Assembly: GCA_030141605.1 (NCBI GenBank)
Contig: JAQGDQ010002368.1
Coordinates: forward strand, 248,001 to 312,000
Direction of reading: 5' to 3'
Length of the DNA stretch: 64,000 bases
Source of the DNA: Tubiluchus corallicola
Taxonomy: Eukaryota > Animalia > Priapulida
Both the position numbers and the translations under genes were made by a program. The notes under the pieces are model-generated. The model saw nothing but the letters and a program-made list of their open reading frames with translations. It had not been told where the DNA came from and made no database searches. Below, piece after piece: positions 1 to 13,244 of this stretch. The number at the start of each line of letters is the position of its first letter. Position 1 is the first letter of the stretch.

Positions 1-66
1 TAGCGGCCTTGTGGTTCTCGCATCAGCTTTGTAAGCCGAAAGTCCCTGGTTCAAATCCAGACAGTC
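1..66 (+). pseudogene. tRNA-derived sequence (Thr-TGT-like), probably a SINE head or tRNA pseudogene, cut by the window start
   Basis: A-box-like TAGCGGCCTTGTGG, anticodon arm TCAGC-TTTGTAA-GCCGA (one mismatch, TGT in the loop) and B box GGTTCAAATCC. The stems have mismatches and the acceptor stem is not visible. Confidence 0.55.
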
Positions 67-372
67 TTTCAACTTTTCACATTTCCTTGTTACCAAACTT
101 TAATTAACTGTGGATTTATTCCGTCATGTTTGTATAGTGTTCTGTTGTTATGGATATCACTGCAATCAAAGAACAACTTCGCATTCAATAAATGACATAA
201 ATTACAGGTGCGTAGTTACAGCTTAATTATATAATAACATTTATTGTTGGAAAGGCTTTTGAAAAATAAAAGCAGGGCCTTTTGTCTGTTATAACACTTT
301 TGTTAGATAAAATGCATTTTTATATTTTTTGTTGAAGTAGACTTTTCATTAGTAAGTTTATTTATTTTTCAG

Positions 373-1630
373 CATCTGCTTTAAAGTGCTATGAATGCTG
401 GGATGTAGCTGATAACAAAGACTGTGTCCAAGAGGAAAATTTAGTAGATTGTAGTACCAAAAAAATAGCTACAGATACATGCGAAACTACGATAAATTAT
501 CACAGTAAGTTATCACAAAGTGCTTATACTAATGCTTATTGTTGTTATCTATCTCTTGCTATCTACTGTTATTATTACCTACTAAAATTATGTCTGCTTT
601 AAAATATATGTAAATGTACAAAATATGGCAGTTGATATGGATCTGATGTGTTCCTTGGAGATATTGTCGTTCCACAAAGCAACCGTTTTTTTTTGTTATT
701 TTTGTGATCGTTTGTTCTTAATGCAGTCTCTTCAGTTGAGAAGCTGTGACTTTGTGAGTTTTGCAAAGTTAGTATATATGTGTCTGCTTGCAGTTGCGAG
801 TACTACTCTGTGCTGCACTTGAAGGAAAAACAGATTGATCTCAACATGACAAATGTTAAGGCACGTCAACTGGTTTAGAAAATGCACGAAAAAAACAACG
901 AATTGATTTAAATAAACAAATATCCTTAATACGAAATTCGAAGTTTGTTTCGTTCACGAAGTAAAGATCTAGCACTCTTTAATTTTTTGTCAATTTATAT
1001 TTTAAGCGTTGTAAAAGTTGAATAGCTACCTTCCACATCTGCTTCCACGTTGTCAGTGACCATCTTAATGACGAGTTTTTTTGTCGCAGATTTACATCTT
1101 CTTATCCTTCAATTTGCACTCAATTCGAAAAAAAATGTAAAATGAGTACAGTTTATACTGCAACACGTGGTGTACCACATGGATCGATACTCAGACCGCT
1201 GTTATTTATTTGATCTATTACTGATGACTTATCAACATTGTACTAACAGAGAGCGAACAAATTGGATGAAAGCAAGCAAATTGTCAGTTAACTACGCCAA
1301 GCACATTATTAAAGATTAGCAGTGCAAATTGCTTTTTCTTTTCCAGAAACTACCGGTTACAGCATAACAAAGAAGTGCGCCTTACGTCCCTGTTCTTTAT
1401 CTGTGAATGAATTAATGGGATGGCAGTGCGGAGATACAAACAGAGATGCTTGGACTTGTACTAGGTGCTGTGAGGAAGATGGGTGCAATTACATAGACCC
1501 CAAATCGAAACGTTTTCTGACTGGCAGTAGCAGAGCTAGTACACGGACCAGTGGCACGGAGATCATTATAATAACTGCCTTTGCATCAAGCTTAATAGTT
1601 AAACTCTACTTCAATGGAAACAGGCGGTGA
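373..1630 (+). CDS. Ly6/uPAR (LU, three-finger) domain protein, LYPD6/LYPD6B-like; last two coding exons (373-504, 1347-1630). The signal-peptide exon was not identified and probably lies upstream of the window
   Basis: Exon 373-504 (ttttcag| ... |gtaagt) reads ASALKCYECWDVADNKDCVQEENLVDCSTKKIATDTCETTINYH. It splices in phase 1 to 1347 (ttccag|), which reads KTTGYSITKKCALRPCSLSVNELMGWQCGDTNRDAWTCTRCCEEDGCN, then a Ser/Thr-rich spacer and a hydrophobic tail (GPI-signal-like). There are 12 Cys and the CCxxxxCN signature. Confidence 0.88.
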
Positions 1631-4600
1631 GACAGCAAAAGTAATTCCGGTTCAATAATTTTTCTATTATAATGAGTACTATGTAGGCATTATAATTCAA
1701 AGTGGTAAGCTTTAGTTAACAGTATTATATAATCATTTATAGGCCAAAATACATTTAGAACATCGTCCTCAGTTCCACTGATTTCTACTTAATTTGCCTT
1801 ATAAAATGACATCAAAGCGTACAAATTGCATTTCATGGTAACAATAGAAAAGTTAGCAATAATTCAGTATAATGGGCATCATCTTTTACTTGACTGCTGC
1901 TTTAAATCGCATCAGCTACTTTTCTATTTCATTGTTTCCGTCATCACAAATATTCCTTGTTGGTGCAAGAGTCTTCTACAACAGCGTCAACTGAAACATT
2001 AAAAAGCGAAGTTTTGATTTTAGTGTTGTGTTGTCATTATTATTATTATACATCAATATGCCTAGTTGTTGCGAACAATACAACTTAATGGGCTTCCAAA
2101 CTACTTGAAAATGGAATGGTTTTCTAGGCGTTTAGTAAGGTTAAAGGTATTGTAAGTTATCTCTAGCAGTCAAGACCGATTGCATTTCGTGAAAAACACT
2201 GTATCAGGAATTCGTAATTGCATCCATTAACGCCATTAACGTAAAGCAGTATGTCGTAAATTTCGTGCAATCACGCAATTTTGGCCAGTTGCATTTACAA
2301 AAATAGAGAATAAATCTATTCTCTCTCTCTTTCTCTCTCTCTTCTCTCTATTTTTCTGTGCTCAGCCTTTTTCGACTATTTTAGCTATGATCTTATTCTA
2401 CGACAAAGACCAGAAATGATTTCCGGGTCGATTTCTGTGAACTAGTGCTATATAAGTGTGTGATTATTGTTGAACTGTCTTTTTCTTCAGTTCACGTTTG
2501 TAATGCATGTACATAACAATATTTTCATTGAATAGCTTAACTTTCGATTTCTGTTGTCAGTTAGTGTTAAGGGAGAATAACCAAAATTATTTTATTTACG
2601 ACTCTAATCTGTATGGTGTTTTATATAATGTATTATAGTGCATGGTATTCTGCAATTATGTGCACATTTAGCTTTTAACTTACATTAGGTACTCGTCTAT
2701 TCCATATTAAACTATGTTGCATGTGGTGCCGATTTTTTCTTAAAAATAACATTATAGTATGCATTGTGCTTATATGTGTATAGTCTATGTCACACTGTTA
2801 TTTCGGCTTTATAATCGCTAATTTTTAACCTCCCATATAGGTCCACAAAAGAAAACTATGATTCCTACTCTTTTAAATTCGTAAAATTGTCACTTTAGGT
2901 TCATTTCTGATCTTAATGAAGCAGATACCATTATATGCGATATACGACTTAGCCAATAGGTCTGCTACTCGGCTTTTAAAAATATAGTCTCTGTCGAAGG
3001 TGACAATGTTATTTCCACATTATAATAATAAATGTATTAAAATTTGTCTATAAAAATTTATGTACTTTATACGTATGATTTTATGTAAATGATTTTTTTC
3101 TGTTTAATTTTCTAATCTTAATTGATTGTGATTTTTCAACTATAGTTAATGTAGTACATCAAAATAAAAAAATACCAATCTTACCATTTTTACTCACTCT
3201 AGACTATCAAAACTAAAATTATGAACACATTTCAGCTTAAAAAAGATTCTTAACAAAACTGAATCAATTGAGATCCAAGTCTCCGAGCATGACCGCGCTT
3301 TACTATGCCTGGTCTAGTGTAGTTCGCTCATGTGTGACTGACCAGAGTGCACAGTGCTCGTGACTGTCAATTGACTATATCCGGTCCAGTGCTATTTACT
3401 CATGTGTGACTGAACAGTTTGCCTATTTGGGTTCTATCCCGGGCCCTTAAACAATCCCAGCTTATTCTATCATACCATTATGTGAGCCCCGGGTCACGTG
3501 TGTATATTGGAAGTTTGTGATTCTAAAGTTTTAGAGTTATTCACTGTTATGACTCCATTACTAACGTGACGATGACAGCAAACGGGCTTCTTTGTTGCTC
3601 ACGGTTTAAAAATATTAATTTTTGGAATTTTGCTAATCAAATTCTATAGCCAGGTCTGTACAAACTAATTATCACGCGAACGATTATGTTTTACTCAGTC
3701 ATAAATCAGTGATTTTATAAATTCCGTTTACATGTATGCTGATTCTGGTCACGTTTTGACAAAGTGTTCTTCGGAATTGTATTAATTAATAACTTCACCA
3801 GTTTAATTTATAACAAACGTGATGTAAATGGTGTAAACGTTCAATCGCTCCAAATGCAGTATAGTTACAGTACGTGGTGTAACGAAATCCTTTGCTACAG
3901 AGGTTACAAACAGAAGTGCAGTACAGAACATTACAAGGGTAATATATAGGTTTTTTCACTCAAATATTGACACGCCTAGTATCAAATATGACATTCATCA
4001 TCAAATACGACTAGGTCGTCCAAATGTAACAAAAACCATGGACATAGGCTGATGCATAAAGGGTTGCTGTTCTTGTCGTTGTTATGCTGTTATTGTGATT
4101 ATTATTGCTGTAAAATTATTATGAACTGCCTGAAATGTTATAAGCATAATGGTTTGTCGTCAGTTGACGTGTGAACATCGTCGTGCAAATCGTCCTGCTA
4201 ATGAATTAATTTACGCAGAACTGGTTTTACTTGATGCTGCAAGCCTCGTAGTTTAAACTATGATATAACATAGGTTACTGGTAATGTATTTTTTACCTGT
4301 AAAATTACAATCTGAACAACAACAAAACTACTAAAAATGAGTGAAGAATAGCCAAAGAGAAGTAACATGGAGCAAATAAAAATGAAAGTAGAAGTTTATG
4401 GGAAAATTTTCCATCAACGCTGAACATGACGATGCCGGGAAAATTGTTGTGCGAGGTGAGAAAGTGAACAAAATCACCGATGGATTGAGGAATGCGATGA
4501 AGATCGTGGAACCAAACTCTACGTGTGATCAGACAAATAACGAACAAGGTACTGTTCTAACCTATAAAATCACCGTATCGAAAAAATTGACCTGGGAAAA

Positions 4601-5199
4601 ATCTTCAATAACAGTATTGTTATCACAGAAGACTGCTACATAAAATAGTGTAATGAGAAACTAGCAACGTTACTAAACATGGCAATGGAAGCCACTGTTT
4701 TAAGTGACACTGAACTAGTAAATATAAACAACGAAGCCCTACACCAAGACAAGAAATTGTATATGAAAGCAGCGACAATGAAATAAATACAAAAGAGAAT
4801 GACGTAACATATATAAACAAAGATGACATCCTACGAGAAAATGCCTTTAATGAGAACAGGGATAGTACACCAAACCTAACAATAAAGCTAACAATGAATC
4901 CATAAACGAAATATCCATATAAGCAGTAGAACAAGATAATGAAAATTATGTAGAAGTCCTGCCCTCAGTGCAAAACAAAAATGAGTCTTGTGAAAGAAAC
5001 GAACCTGACTGAGTTCACATAGATTCAGTTTTTAAATCTCCTCCCCCTAAGCAAGCAAAACAAATCGATCATGATCGAAGTTCAAGCGAAAAGGTGCATC
5101 CAACCCGAAACATCTACAGTGACAACAAACACTTACGCCAGTGTTGTCAGTAATAACGGGAAACGTGATAAGGTGAACACCTCAAACACGACACCTGCT

Positions 5200-8100
5200 T
5201 TATTAGCCGTTGAACGTCGTTGAGTACACAGACATCCTAAGCAAACATGATATGACACCACTGAATGACAAAGAACCAACAAGAATTACAAAAACAACAT
5301 CTACTCTTATAGATCCTATATTAGTACAAGACAATTTTCAAATCTATACCAAACCACTTCTCAGACCATAACTATATTATCTGTATTACGAAAATGAGCA
5401 CACATTTACAAAAAAATAATGAATTCACCTACAAATATAGCGAAAATATGAATAACATCAACCAAGATATGTTTCTGTCAGACTAGAATAAAATGCTCTG
5501 GCAAGAAACATATCAAACAATTGATATAGACTTACAAATTGAAATTTTATTAAACAATATTAAATACTGCCTAGTTATTTATGCTCCAATACAGAAAATC
5601 AAATTGTCAAATAAAAGAACACTTCCACAACGTAATAAATCTGCCAGAATTAACTAAATTACAACAAGAAAAAAATGTTCTATTGAAAACATTTATGTCG
5701 ACAAAACAGCTCATCGGCCATAATGCTTACAAAAAGCAAGGAACCGTTTCAATACAAGAAACTCTAATTTAAAAAATAATTATTATAAAAGCAAGTGCTT
5801 AAATGCAAAAGCATCAAAAGAAAAATGGCAGGTCATAAACAAGGTTTTAAATAAAACAAACACACAAACCTCCATAAATAAAATTATCATGAATAACAAA
5901 GTGTACAAGAATCAAGAAATAGCAAACATACTTAACAACACCTTCTTAAAATGGGTGAGTACAAAGGAGACCCATCATACAAAAAAGGGAATATGACGAA
6001 ATATTTCTTACCAAAAAAGTAAACTGTGCCTTTAGATTCATGCCAACTGATCCAACAGAAATAATATCCATTATTAACAACATGAAACATTCCAAAAGTG
6101 CAGGTCCATGTGATATTCCTATTAAAGCTATAAAATGATCTGGTGCCATCCTAGCTCCACATATCTCTTATATATTCAACCAAATGGTAATGAGAGGAAG
6201 CTTTCCAAATATATGCAAGATAGCTAATGTAACTCCAAAAGATTAAAATGGAAATCTTGAAACACCAGAAAATTACCGCCCAATACCTATTGTACATGCA
6301 GTTTCTAAAATTTTTGAAAAACTAATTCACAAACAAATATACAAATAATTGGTAGATAATAATATTCTAAAAAACATTGATTTGGTTATGAAAAGAAATA
6401 TAGCACAGTGGACGCAATGTGAAAGTTGTAACTGTATATTTTAGGTGCTGCCATCTATTGATTAGTCACTTTAACATTTTACTAGTTAAACTCACCCCTA
6501 GTATAATTGCTCGGTCCAGTGAATATGCAAACTCACTGGATCTCCCCTATTTTTACTGTAATGAGATATGTGAAGCCAAGTTTTTGCATAGTTCTCTACC
6601 TATATATACTGGCTGGATTTCACTTCTAGCCACTGTCTAACTGTCACGTTCTCAGTGCAGTGCAGTCGTGCTACACACTGTTTAACTCACACTCTCACTG
6701 CAGTGCAGCAGTCGTGATCTTCATTTTACTTGTGTATTTAGTATAATAAACGGTTTCAGTTTTTGTGCAGATATGTAATATAGTGTTCATTCGTTTTCTA
6801 CAAGTGTTCAACTTCATACATGACTTTCACACGCAAAAATTTATATAACTCAAATATGGCGCTACTTTTTAAACGATAAATACACAGCTTCTGCCTTTCT
6901 TGATTTGAGCAAGGTTTCTGACAGCCTCTCACACACCATTTTATTAAAAAAATTGAACGCCATTGCATTTGACAACTATTCTGTCAAACTTATTCAAGAT
7001 TATCTACCTACCAGTAAACAAGGGGCTAAATTAAATGACATATACTCAAATTGGGGCAATAATATTAATGGAGTACTTCAAGGCACAATTCTAGGCCCAC
7101 AGCTATCTATCATATATACGTAAACGGTATTTCAAACATAATAAGTAACTGCCATATCGTACAATATGCCGATGATGCTAACATCACAACCAGTAGCATT
7201 AATTCCTTTAGTGCAGTAGACCAATTCAAATCAAAAGTAGAATAAATGAAATATATTCTGTATATTCTCGATTATTAGCAACTTAAGATGAACCCAGAAA
7301 AAACCATTTTCATGCTTCTAAACATCAAGAGATACAACAAATATACTTTTCGATACATGTCAAATAACTTTAAAAATATTTTTAAAAATGTATAAAACCA
7401 TGATCTGGTCCTACTTAACGTATGGCTGCCACCTACTCTCAAATATATCTAAAACTTCTTTAAAGAGGCTAGAAGTGGCCCAAAGTTACGCTTTAAAACA
7501 CCTCGTTGGTTTCACAACAAGAGCAAAATATTTAGCTACACTGAACAGGGAAAAACTAAAAATACCCACTGTAGAATCCAATTTCCAATTCCATTCACTT
7601 TATAATTTTTCTTTAAACGATTTGGTGCCAGCTTTCAGTGCCAATTAGCTTCCATTTAATATCGAAAAAAATGCTAAACCAATGAACACACAGCACAAGA
7701 TAAATAAATTCAAATAATAAATATGTACAAAATTTAGTCTGTAAAACGACAATAAATACATGGAATGCTTGCCTACTTAATGTAAAAATGTGCAGTGACT
7801 CTAAAAAAAATCAAAAATTAACTGAAAAATACTATAGTAGCCTTCAAAACATGACTAATACAAAAACATCAGACAACACGTATTGTCAATTTTAACCCAA
7901 TAGTCTGTAGTAGTGGCATATCAAAACCTGTCATGCATTAGCATCAAGTCAACAAATTAAAACCCACCAACACTCAAGTCACTAACACAAAACATCTATA
8001 AAGCACCTAATTTGAATTTCAATTTGTAAATATTGTAAAGTTTTAAAGTCTTAAATGTATCTTAAGCTTTAGCGTAATTTATTATAATATCATTTGTGTT

Positions 8101-8240
8101 TTTAATTGTAAATTCATTTTTTAACACTATTGTTCACAGCAGTGGAAACACTGATTACACTTAATTTTTGGAATGTAGTTTACAGTTCATCGATGTGTAA
8201 TTTTAACAGCAATAAGGAATTTTATTATTATTATTCATTG
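5200..8240 (+). mobile_element. Decayed non-LTR retrotransposon (CR1/L2/Crack group) ORF2 with many stops and frameshifts; may extend 5' to about 4300
   Basis: Motifs appear in order: endonuclease end PTRITKTTSTLID (~5275), NYRPI...VSKIFEKLIHKQI (~6270), FLDLSK..D.LSHTILLKKL (~6895), GVLQGTILGP (~7070), QYADD (~7162), MYKTMIWSYLTYG (~7390), and a short (TTA)n tail near 8220. Confidence 0.85.
6418..6831. mobile_element. Solo LTR (414 bp) inserted in the RT region of the decayed LINE
   Basis: It starts TGTGAAAGT and ends ACTTTCACA (9-bp perfect inverted termini, TG...CA). The flanks are a perfect 5-bp TSD, CGCAA (6413-6417 and 6832-6836). An internal AATAAA lies near 6745. Removing it rejoins the RT segment STVDA...FLDLSK. 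Confidence 0.85.
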
Positions 8241-10479
8241 TATAAGATCTTTAAGTTTTGCAGACATATTTGGTAGTTAGTTAGTTTTGTTAACTATTTT
8301 GTTAACCGTTACCATGTGACTGTTACATTTGCTTTAGTTTATTACTTTGACAAGATGTAAGGTACAGAAAATTAACGAGATAAATATATAGTGACTTTTC
8401 TGATTTTTTAGAAGTTAATTCATACGTTTTAAATATATCAAATTTTTTTGACTTTTATTACATTGTGCAGTGGTCGCTTCTGTTCTCTTATTAATACCTG
8501 TTTACATATATATACTGAGCACACTACAAGCCATTTTTCTCACGCAGCAAAAAATCTTTCAAATAAGAACAAGGATATCATACAAATCATAATTATTAAT
8601 GTTTACAAGTTTCGACCGCATTCTAACACTACAGTGACAGCTACCAGCCTAAACATTTAAAAAATGTGCGCTTTTCGAAGAAGCTACCAAGTCAAAAAGT
8701 TTTTAAAATAATTTCTTTGTTTTCAAATTTTTTGTCCCACTGTTATGACCTATATCACATTTGATATACCAAAAACATCAGATTTAAATCTGTGACTAAG
8801 ACGAATTTGAAGTGACTAGTAGGAGGCTATAATTTATAAAGATAGCTCCTAGCAAGGGAGTACCCAGAACAAATGGCAATAGAATTTTTCTCTTCAGATT
8901 CTGTTTGAATATTGTTTCAGGTACCCACAACAAAAAATCGGCAAAAATCGGCTTTGATACTCTTCAGATGCATGCGTAAATCCAAAATGGCGCCTGTTGA
9001 GGCCAAAAATCAAAGTATATCTCTCAAACCATTGCATCTAGATGAAAAATATGCTTTATCGACTGGTACGAAGGTGCACAGGTAGACTTTGCTCACAATT
9101 TTTAAAATATATGATCCTTATGAGTTGGCAACAACCATCTTGTCAGTCGTCAAGTATGCGGTGGCCATATTTGATAATTTTCGGTTGGCTCCACATCCAA
9201 TAATAATAAACCAGATGGATTTTAGCATTGTGCAAAGTTTTGTGTTTTTCAGGCAAAATGAGCAGTTCTGTCATTTGTGCAACATTTGTAGCCATCTTAA
9301 CAGTCATGTTGAAACGGGGTGTTATTACATGGGAAGATATGAATTCCTTGACCTTGAAAACCTATTATTTAGATGCCAAAGTCATTATCCTGTATTCTCT
9401 GATAGTTATAACACATAGCCCTTATAAGTTAGTAACAAACATATTGCCAGCCATCTCGAAACTTGCGGCAATATTATATGAATTTCGATTAACCCCATGA
9501 TCAAAATTAATTTATCACCTTAATGAGCTCTAGCACTAGGCAAGGTTTTCGTGCTTTTGGATCAAAATGAGTATTGATTCCCCATCCGGGTAGACTAACA
9601 TTAAATTAACTACCTTTTTTGACGTCATAATTAGGCGCTATGCCGTGTTTAAATTTCGGCCTAATTTGAACGTGTTATTCTCCGGACCAAATGCTAAAGA
9701 AACACCAAAAATGTTTTCTTGCAATTTTTCATTATATTGATCCTACTATTATAGTCAGGGAGGCATATGAAGTGTTCTAGAGAAAATTAAACATGCATAA
9801 AAAGTTATAAAATTGTGCAATAAAACTGTTTGTTTGATATGGGTCTGATTACTGCAAAATGAAATGGACGGAACACGAGAAACTGCTAAATAAACAGCAC
9901 GAATTTAATATTCGGGAGGCTGCGAGATTAGGATGTTCCTCAGTTATCAAAGAGGTCCCATACTGTCTATGTTGTGTGACTTTTCTAGCGTTTCTCCGGT
10001 TTAATTCTATTGTAATGTTGATTTTTTTAAATTTGAGACTCTGAGTCTGGGAGCAGCTAGGCAGAGTATTATAATTACCTGTGCGATAAGTAAACTGAAC
10101 GTAAGAAGTGCATTATTTTTCGATTAGGATTTTTAACGCTACTCCGAGCCTCATGCTCAGTCATAGTCATACACGTCGCTAAAATTGTGGACAAGATTTA
10201 GAATTGCTGAATAAAACCAGTCAAAATGAGCAAAGTTTACGTTTTTAAGTTGTAGGTTTGTTGTTTATTCGAAAAGGGGCGACCAATTCGAAGGTATTTG
10301 GACCTCGGAGGAAGTTTTGTTGCTTTTACTTGTTAAATTAGGGTCGTTTAACTATCTCGCTAAATTTTGCTAGTTACGTATCTTTATTCTATGTTGCTAA
10401 ACTGTATTTAATATAGATAAAAAATGTCTAATCTAACTTAGATTAGGCATGACAAACAGAACATTTATTAATAAAAGCG

Positions 10480-10910
10480 CAAGCATATTCATCACATTAT
10501 AAAATCCAAGGTCCTTACAATTGTGGAATACTCTAGTCCTGTTAGGAATCCACACTTTATTAAAGACATATATTTGATCAAGGGTGTCCAAAGAAGGGCT
10601 ACAAAAGTGGTTGAAGGGTTAAAGAATGTTCCTTACTGTCAGCAACTTAAGCGTCTAGGCCTGCATACATTATTAATTAGAAGTTCATATGCTGATTTAA
10701 TATAAGCTTTCAAAGTTATTAAAGGAATTGATGCTGTGCTTCACATTTAAGAGCCATGGGAGAATGACATGAGGACTCCAGTTACAATTGTACAAGAAAA
10801 GAGCAAAGCTGGATTTAAAAAACTGTTTTTTCAGCCATATGATAATTGATCTGTAAAATGGCTTACCTCAAAGGTCCATGGAATCTTTATAGTTAATGAG
10901 TTTACAGGGA
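10480..10910 (+). mobile_element. CR1-type LINE 3' fragment
   Basis: EYSSPVRNPHFIKDIYLIKGVQRRATKVVEGLKNVPYCQQLKRLGLHTL...ADLI is the characteristic CR1 ORF2 C-terminal region. Confidence 0.8.
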
Positions 10911-10985
10911 CCATCCAAACGTATGCTAATTTTTATTGAACAATAAGGTTGAGACAGTTAGGCTTTTTTAACTAACCGTCTAAAC

Positions 10986-11429
10986 CAGTGGTTCTTAACC
11001 TTTTTCACTACTGGTACAGCCTGAAGGCGAACAAAGTCGTCTGGTGCCCTTTGTAGAAATTTACAAAAAGTATGTATATAGGAACAAAGTAGGTTTTTTA
11101 AACTGCATGCCCAAACTATTTCTGCGGTATAAGTCCAGTATAACATCGTAAATTATTTAACACAATGTGCGCTACGATTTCTACGGAAATAGCAGTTCAG
11201 GTGGCTCACAGTGTCAAACCTATTTAGTAAAAGTATATTTTAACAACGTTTTAACGATTGTAATTAGGGTTCAACTACTTTATCCTCTTTGTTTAGCTTT
11301 GAGACTTATATCTTTTTTTGAGTCGCTCTCAGGGCAAAATTTTTGATAAAGCAGATCTGCATTTGGTATCCCCTGGGATGGCATTTGGTACCCCCAGGGG
11401 GTACCAGGACCCCAGGTTAAGAACCACTG
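10986..11429. mobile_element. hAT (Charlie-like) MITE, 444 bp
   Basis: Perfect terminal inverted repeats (TIRs) CAGTGGTTCTTAACCT ... AGGTTAAGAACCACTG. The 8-bp flanks GTCTAAAC and GTTTAAAT are 6/8 identical and fit the nTnnnnAn pattern. No ORF. Confidence 0.85.
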
Positions 11430-13068
11430 GTTTAAATGTTATTAATTGCAGTTGGTTAACAATTCCTGACGACCTCATACATATGACAATATATCAAATA
11501 GACATGATGAACTAATACGAAGAAATTGTCTAACTCTAACCCCATTTTATAATACTCAAATGAAATTCAACTCAAATTGAATGAATGGAAATTCACTCAA
11601 TTTAGTATTTCTTCATTACGTGAAGAAATTATGAACCCTTTTGAATGTTTGAAGAAGTTTTTGAACAACACAATTCAATTTATAAAGAAATATCTGTGAG
11701 CAGTTACCTGCTCCGAATCATGACACGTTTACTCACACATCGTTGGTTGTACATAAACTCCCATGCTTTTAGAGTCTGCCATGTTGGAATCACCATGTGA
11801 GCAAACTCTGAATATTAGGCCGGCCACAAAAAATGGCTTTTGTCTTACCTCATGAGCCCAGAAGAAGTCAGTAGGAAGAGAGGGGAAAATTTTTTTTAAA
11901 GCTTTGTGAATGTTTAAAGCTGAATTGTGGAATATTTAAAATCAGTTGAAATCAAAGTAGTTTATTTTCCACTTGTTAGCAGTAATGTTTTAAATTTTTT
12001 CGATACACATTTTTTACACGCTTTGTTTTTTAGTTTCGCATTACTAAATTATCGTATAATTATTAATTATTGCATAGTTTCTCTTTTGTATCATAAACGT
12101 GTATGTTCTGATAATTATGGTGCAAGTGGCAACACTGCTCGGCCGTTAATACACCAATTTGGCAGAAAATTCGATATTTTTAGACTCCAATACAATGCAA
12201 TCATACAAAATGACAGCCCTGGCCGAGAGTTAGCCGTGGAAAAACATGGCCGTGTCCTGCATTTTCCGAAAGAATGATGTTATAGTAATTAATGAGTTTT
12301 ACGTTTTGAATTAAAAATGCGCTTCTATATGACTGATTATGCGGAAACAGAAATACTTTTATTGTTGGCCTCAATGCACAACGAACAACAAACCACCTTT
12401 GGTTGGTGTTGTTACAGGTTCATGATTCCATGTGTTGTTTTCAGTACTGCAATGATTTTGCCAGGGCAGCACTATAATCATGCACAGTAAGAGAAAATAC
12501 AGGCATTTCCCTTGTAAAAGGCTTTAAAAGCCACCTGGAAATCACATTTTAACATGCATGTTTGCAAGATAATTGTGGACAAAATCAGCAGCATGTTGTG
12601 GATGAATATGAATGTGTGACACTCTGAACTAAGGCTGGTTATTTTAATCCTGTTTGCATCTGTCTTGTGATAGTTCATCGATGATTTTCTGTGTGTGTGA
12701 TTTGATTTGCTTGTGAAAAATTGTGTGATGTTAAAATGCAAAGGAAAGTAATGGTTAAACAGTTAGTGATTTTCTAAACAGTTACATCATTTAGTGGTCG
12801 GTTAAATGTTTAAACGATTAACCGTCTCAACCTCATTGAAGAATGAAATCTAGACTGGATTCATGAGAAAGAAGAAGCCTGCAAACACTGACTTTTCTGC
12901 AGAATGATACTAGTGCCTGTAGTTCTAAATGCCTATATGTTTTTGCTCTATAGATGAGTATGTGGTGTATATAGTGTGTCAAATTGTCATAATCATTGTA
13001 GGTAAAGTACATATGCCACAAAAAAGTAGTTTAGAGATTGAGTGTATGATGTTATAACCCTATTTTAG

Positions 13069-13148
13069 GTTCCTTACAGAACGGCTCCTAAAATTAAAGC
13101 CATAATAAATATCAAAATGATGGGGCTAGCTGCAAAGATGAATTAAAG
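13069..13148 (+). other. Probable non-coding 5' UTR exon of ABCB6 containing a short uORF (MMGLAAKMN*)
   Basis: Clean acceptor (ctattttag|) and consensus donor (aag|gtgagt), 1.7 kb upstream of the first coding exon. Transcript support cannot be checked here. Confidence 0.45.
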
Positions 13149-13244
13149 GTGAGTTGAATTAACAATCTCTGTAATCTGTATTTATAAGATTACGTAAGCT
13201 GTATAGCTTGTTTTTTACTATAAATTTTAGTTATCATTAATTGG

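Noticed and set aside
1-66. Functional tRNA-Thr(TGT) gene
   Set aside because: The anticodon and T stems have mismatches, the D arm is irregular, and the 5' end is outside the window. Kept only as tRNA-derived.
2320-2350. (CT)n tract as a possible third insertion of the GA-associated LINE
   Set aside because: Neither the 3' stem-loop motif nor ORF2 similarity was found next to it.
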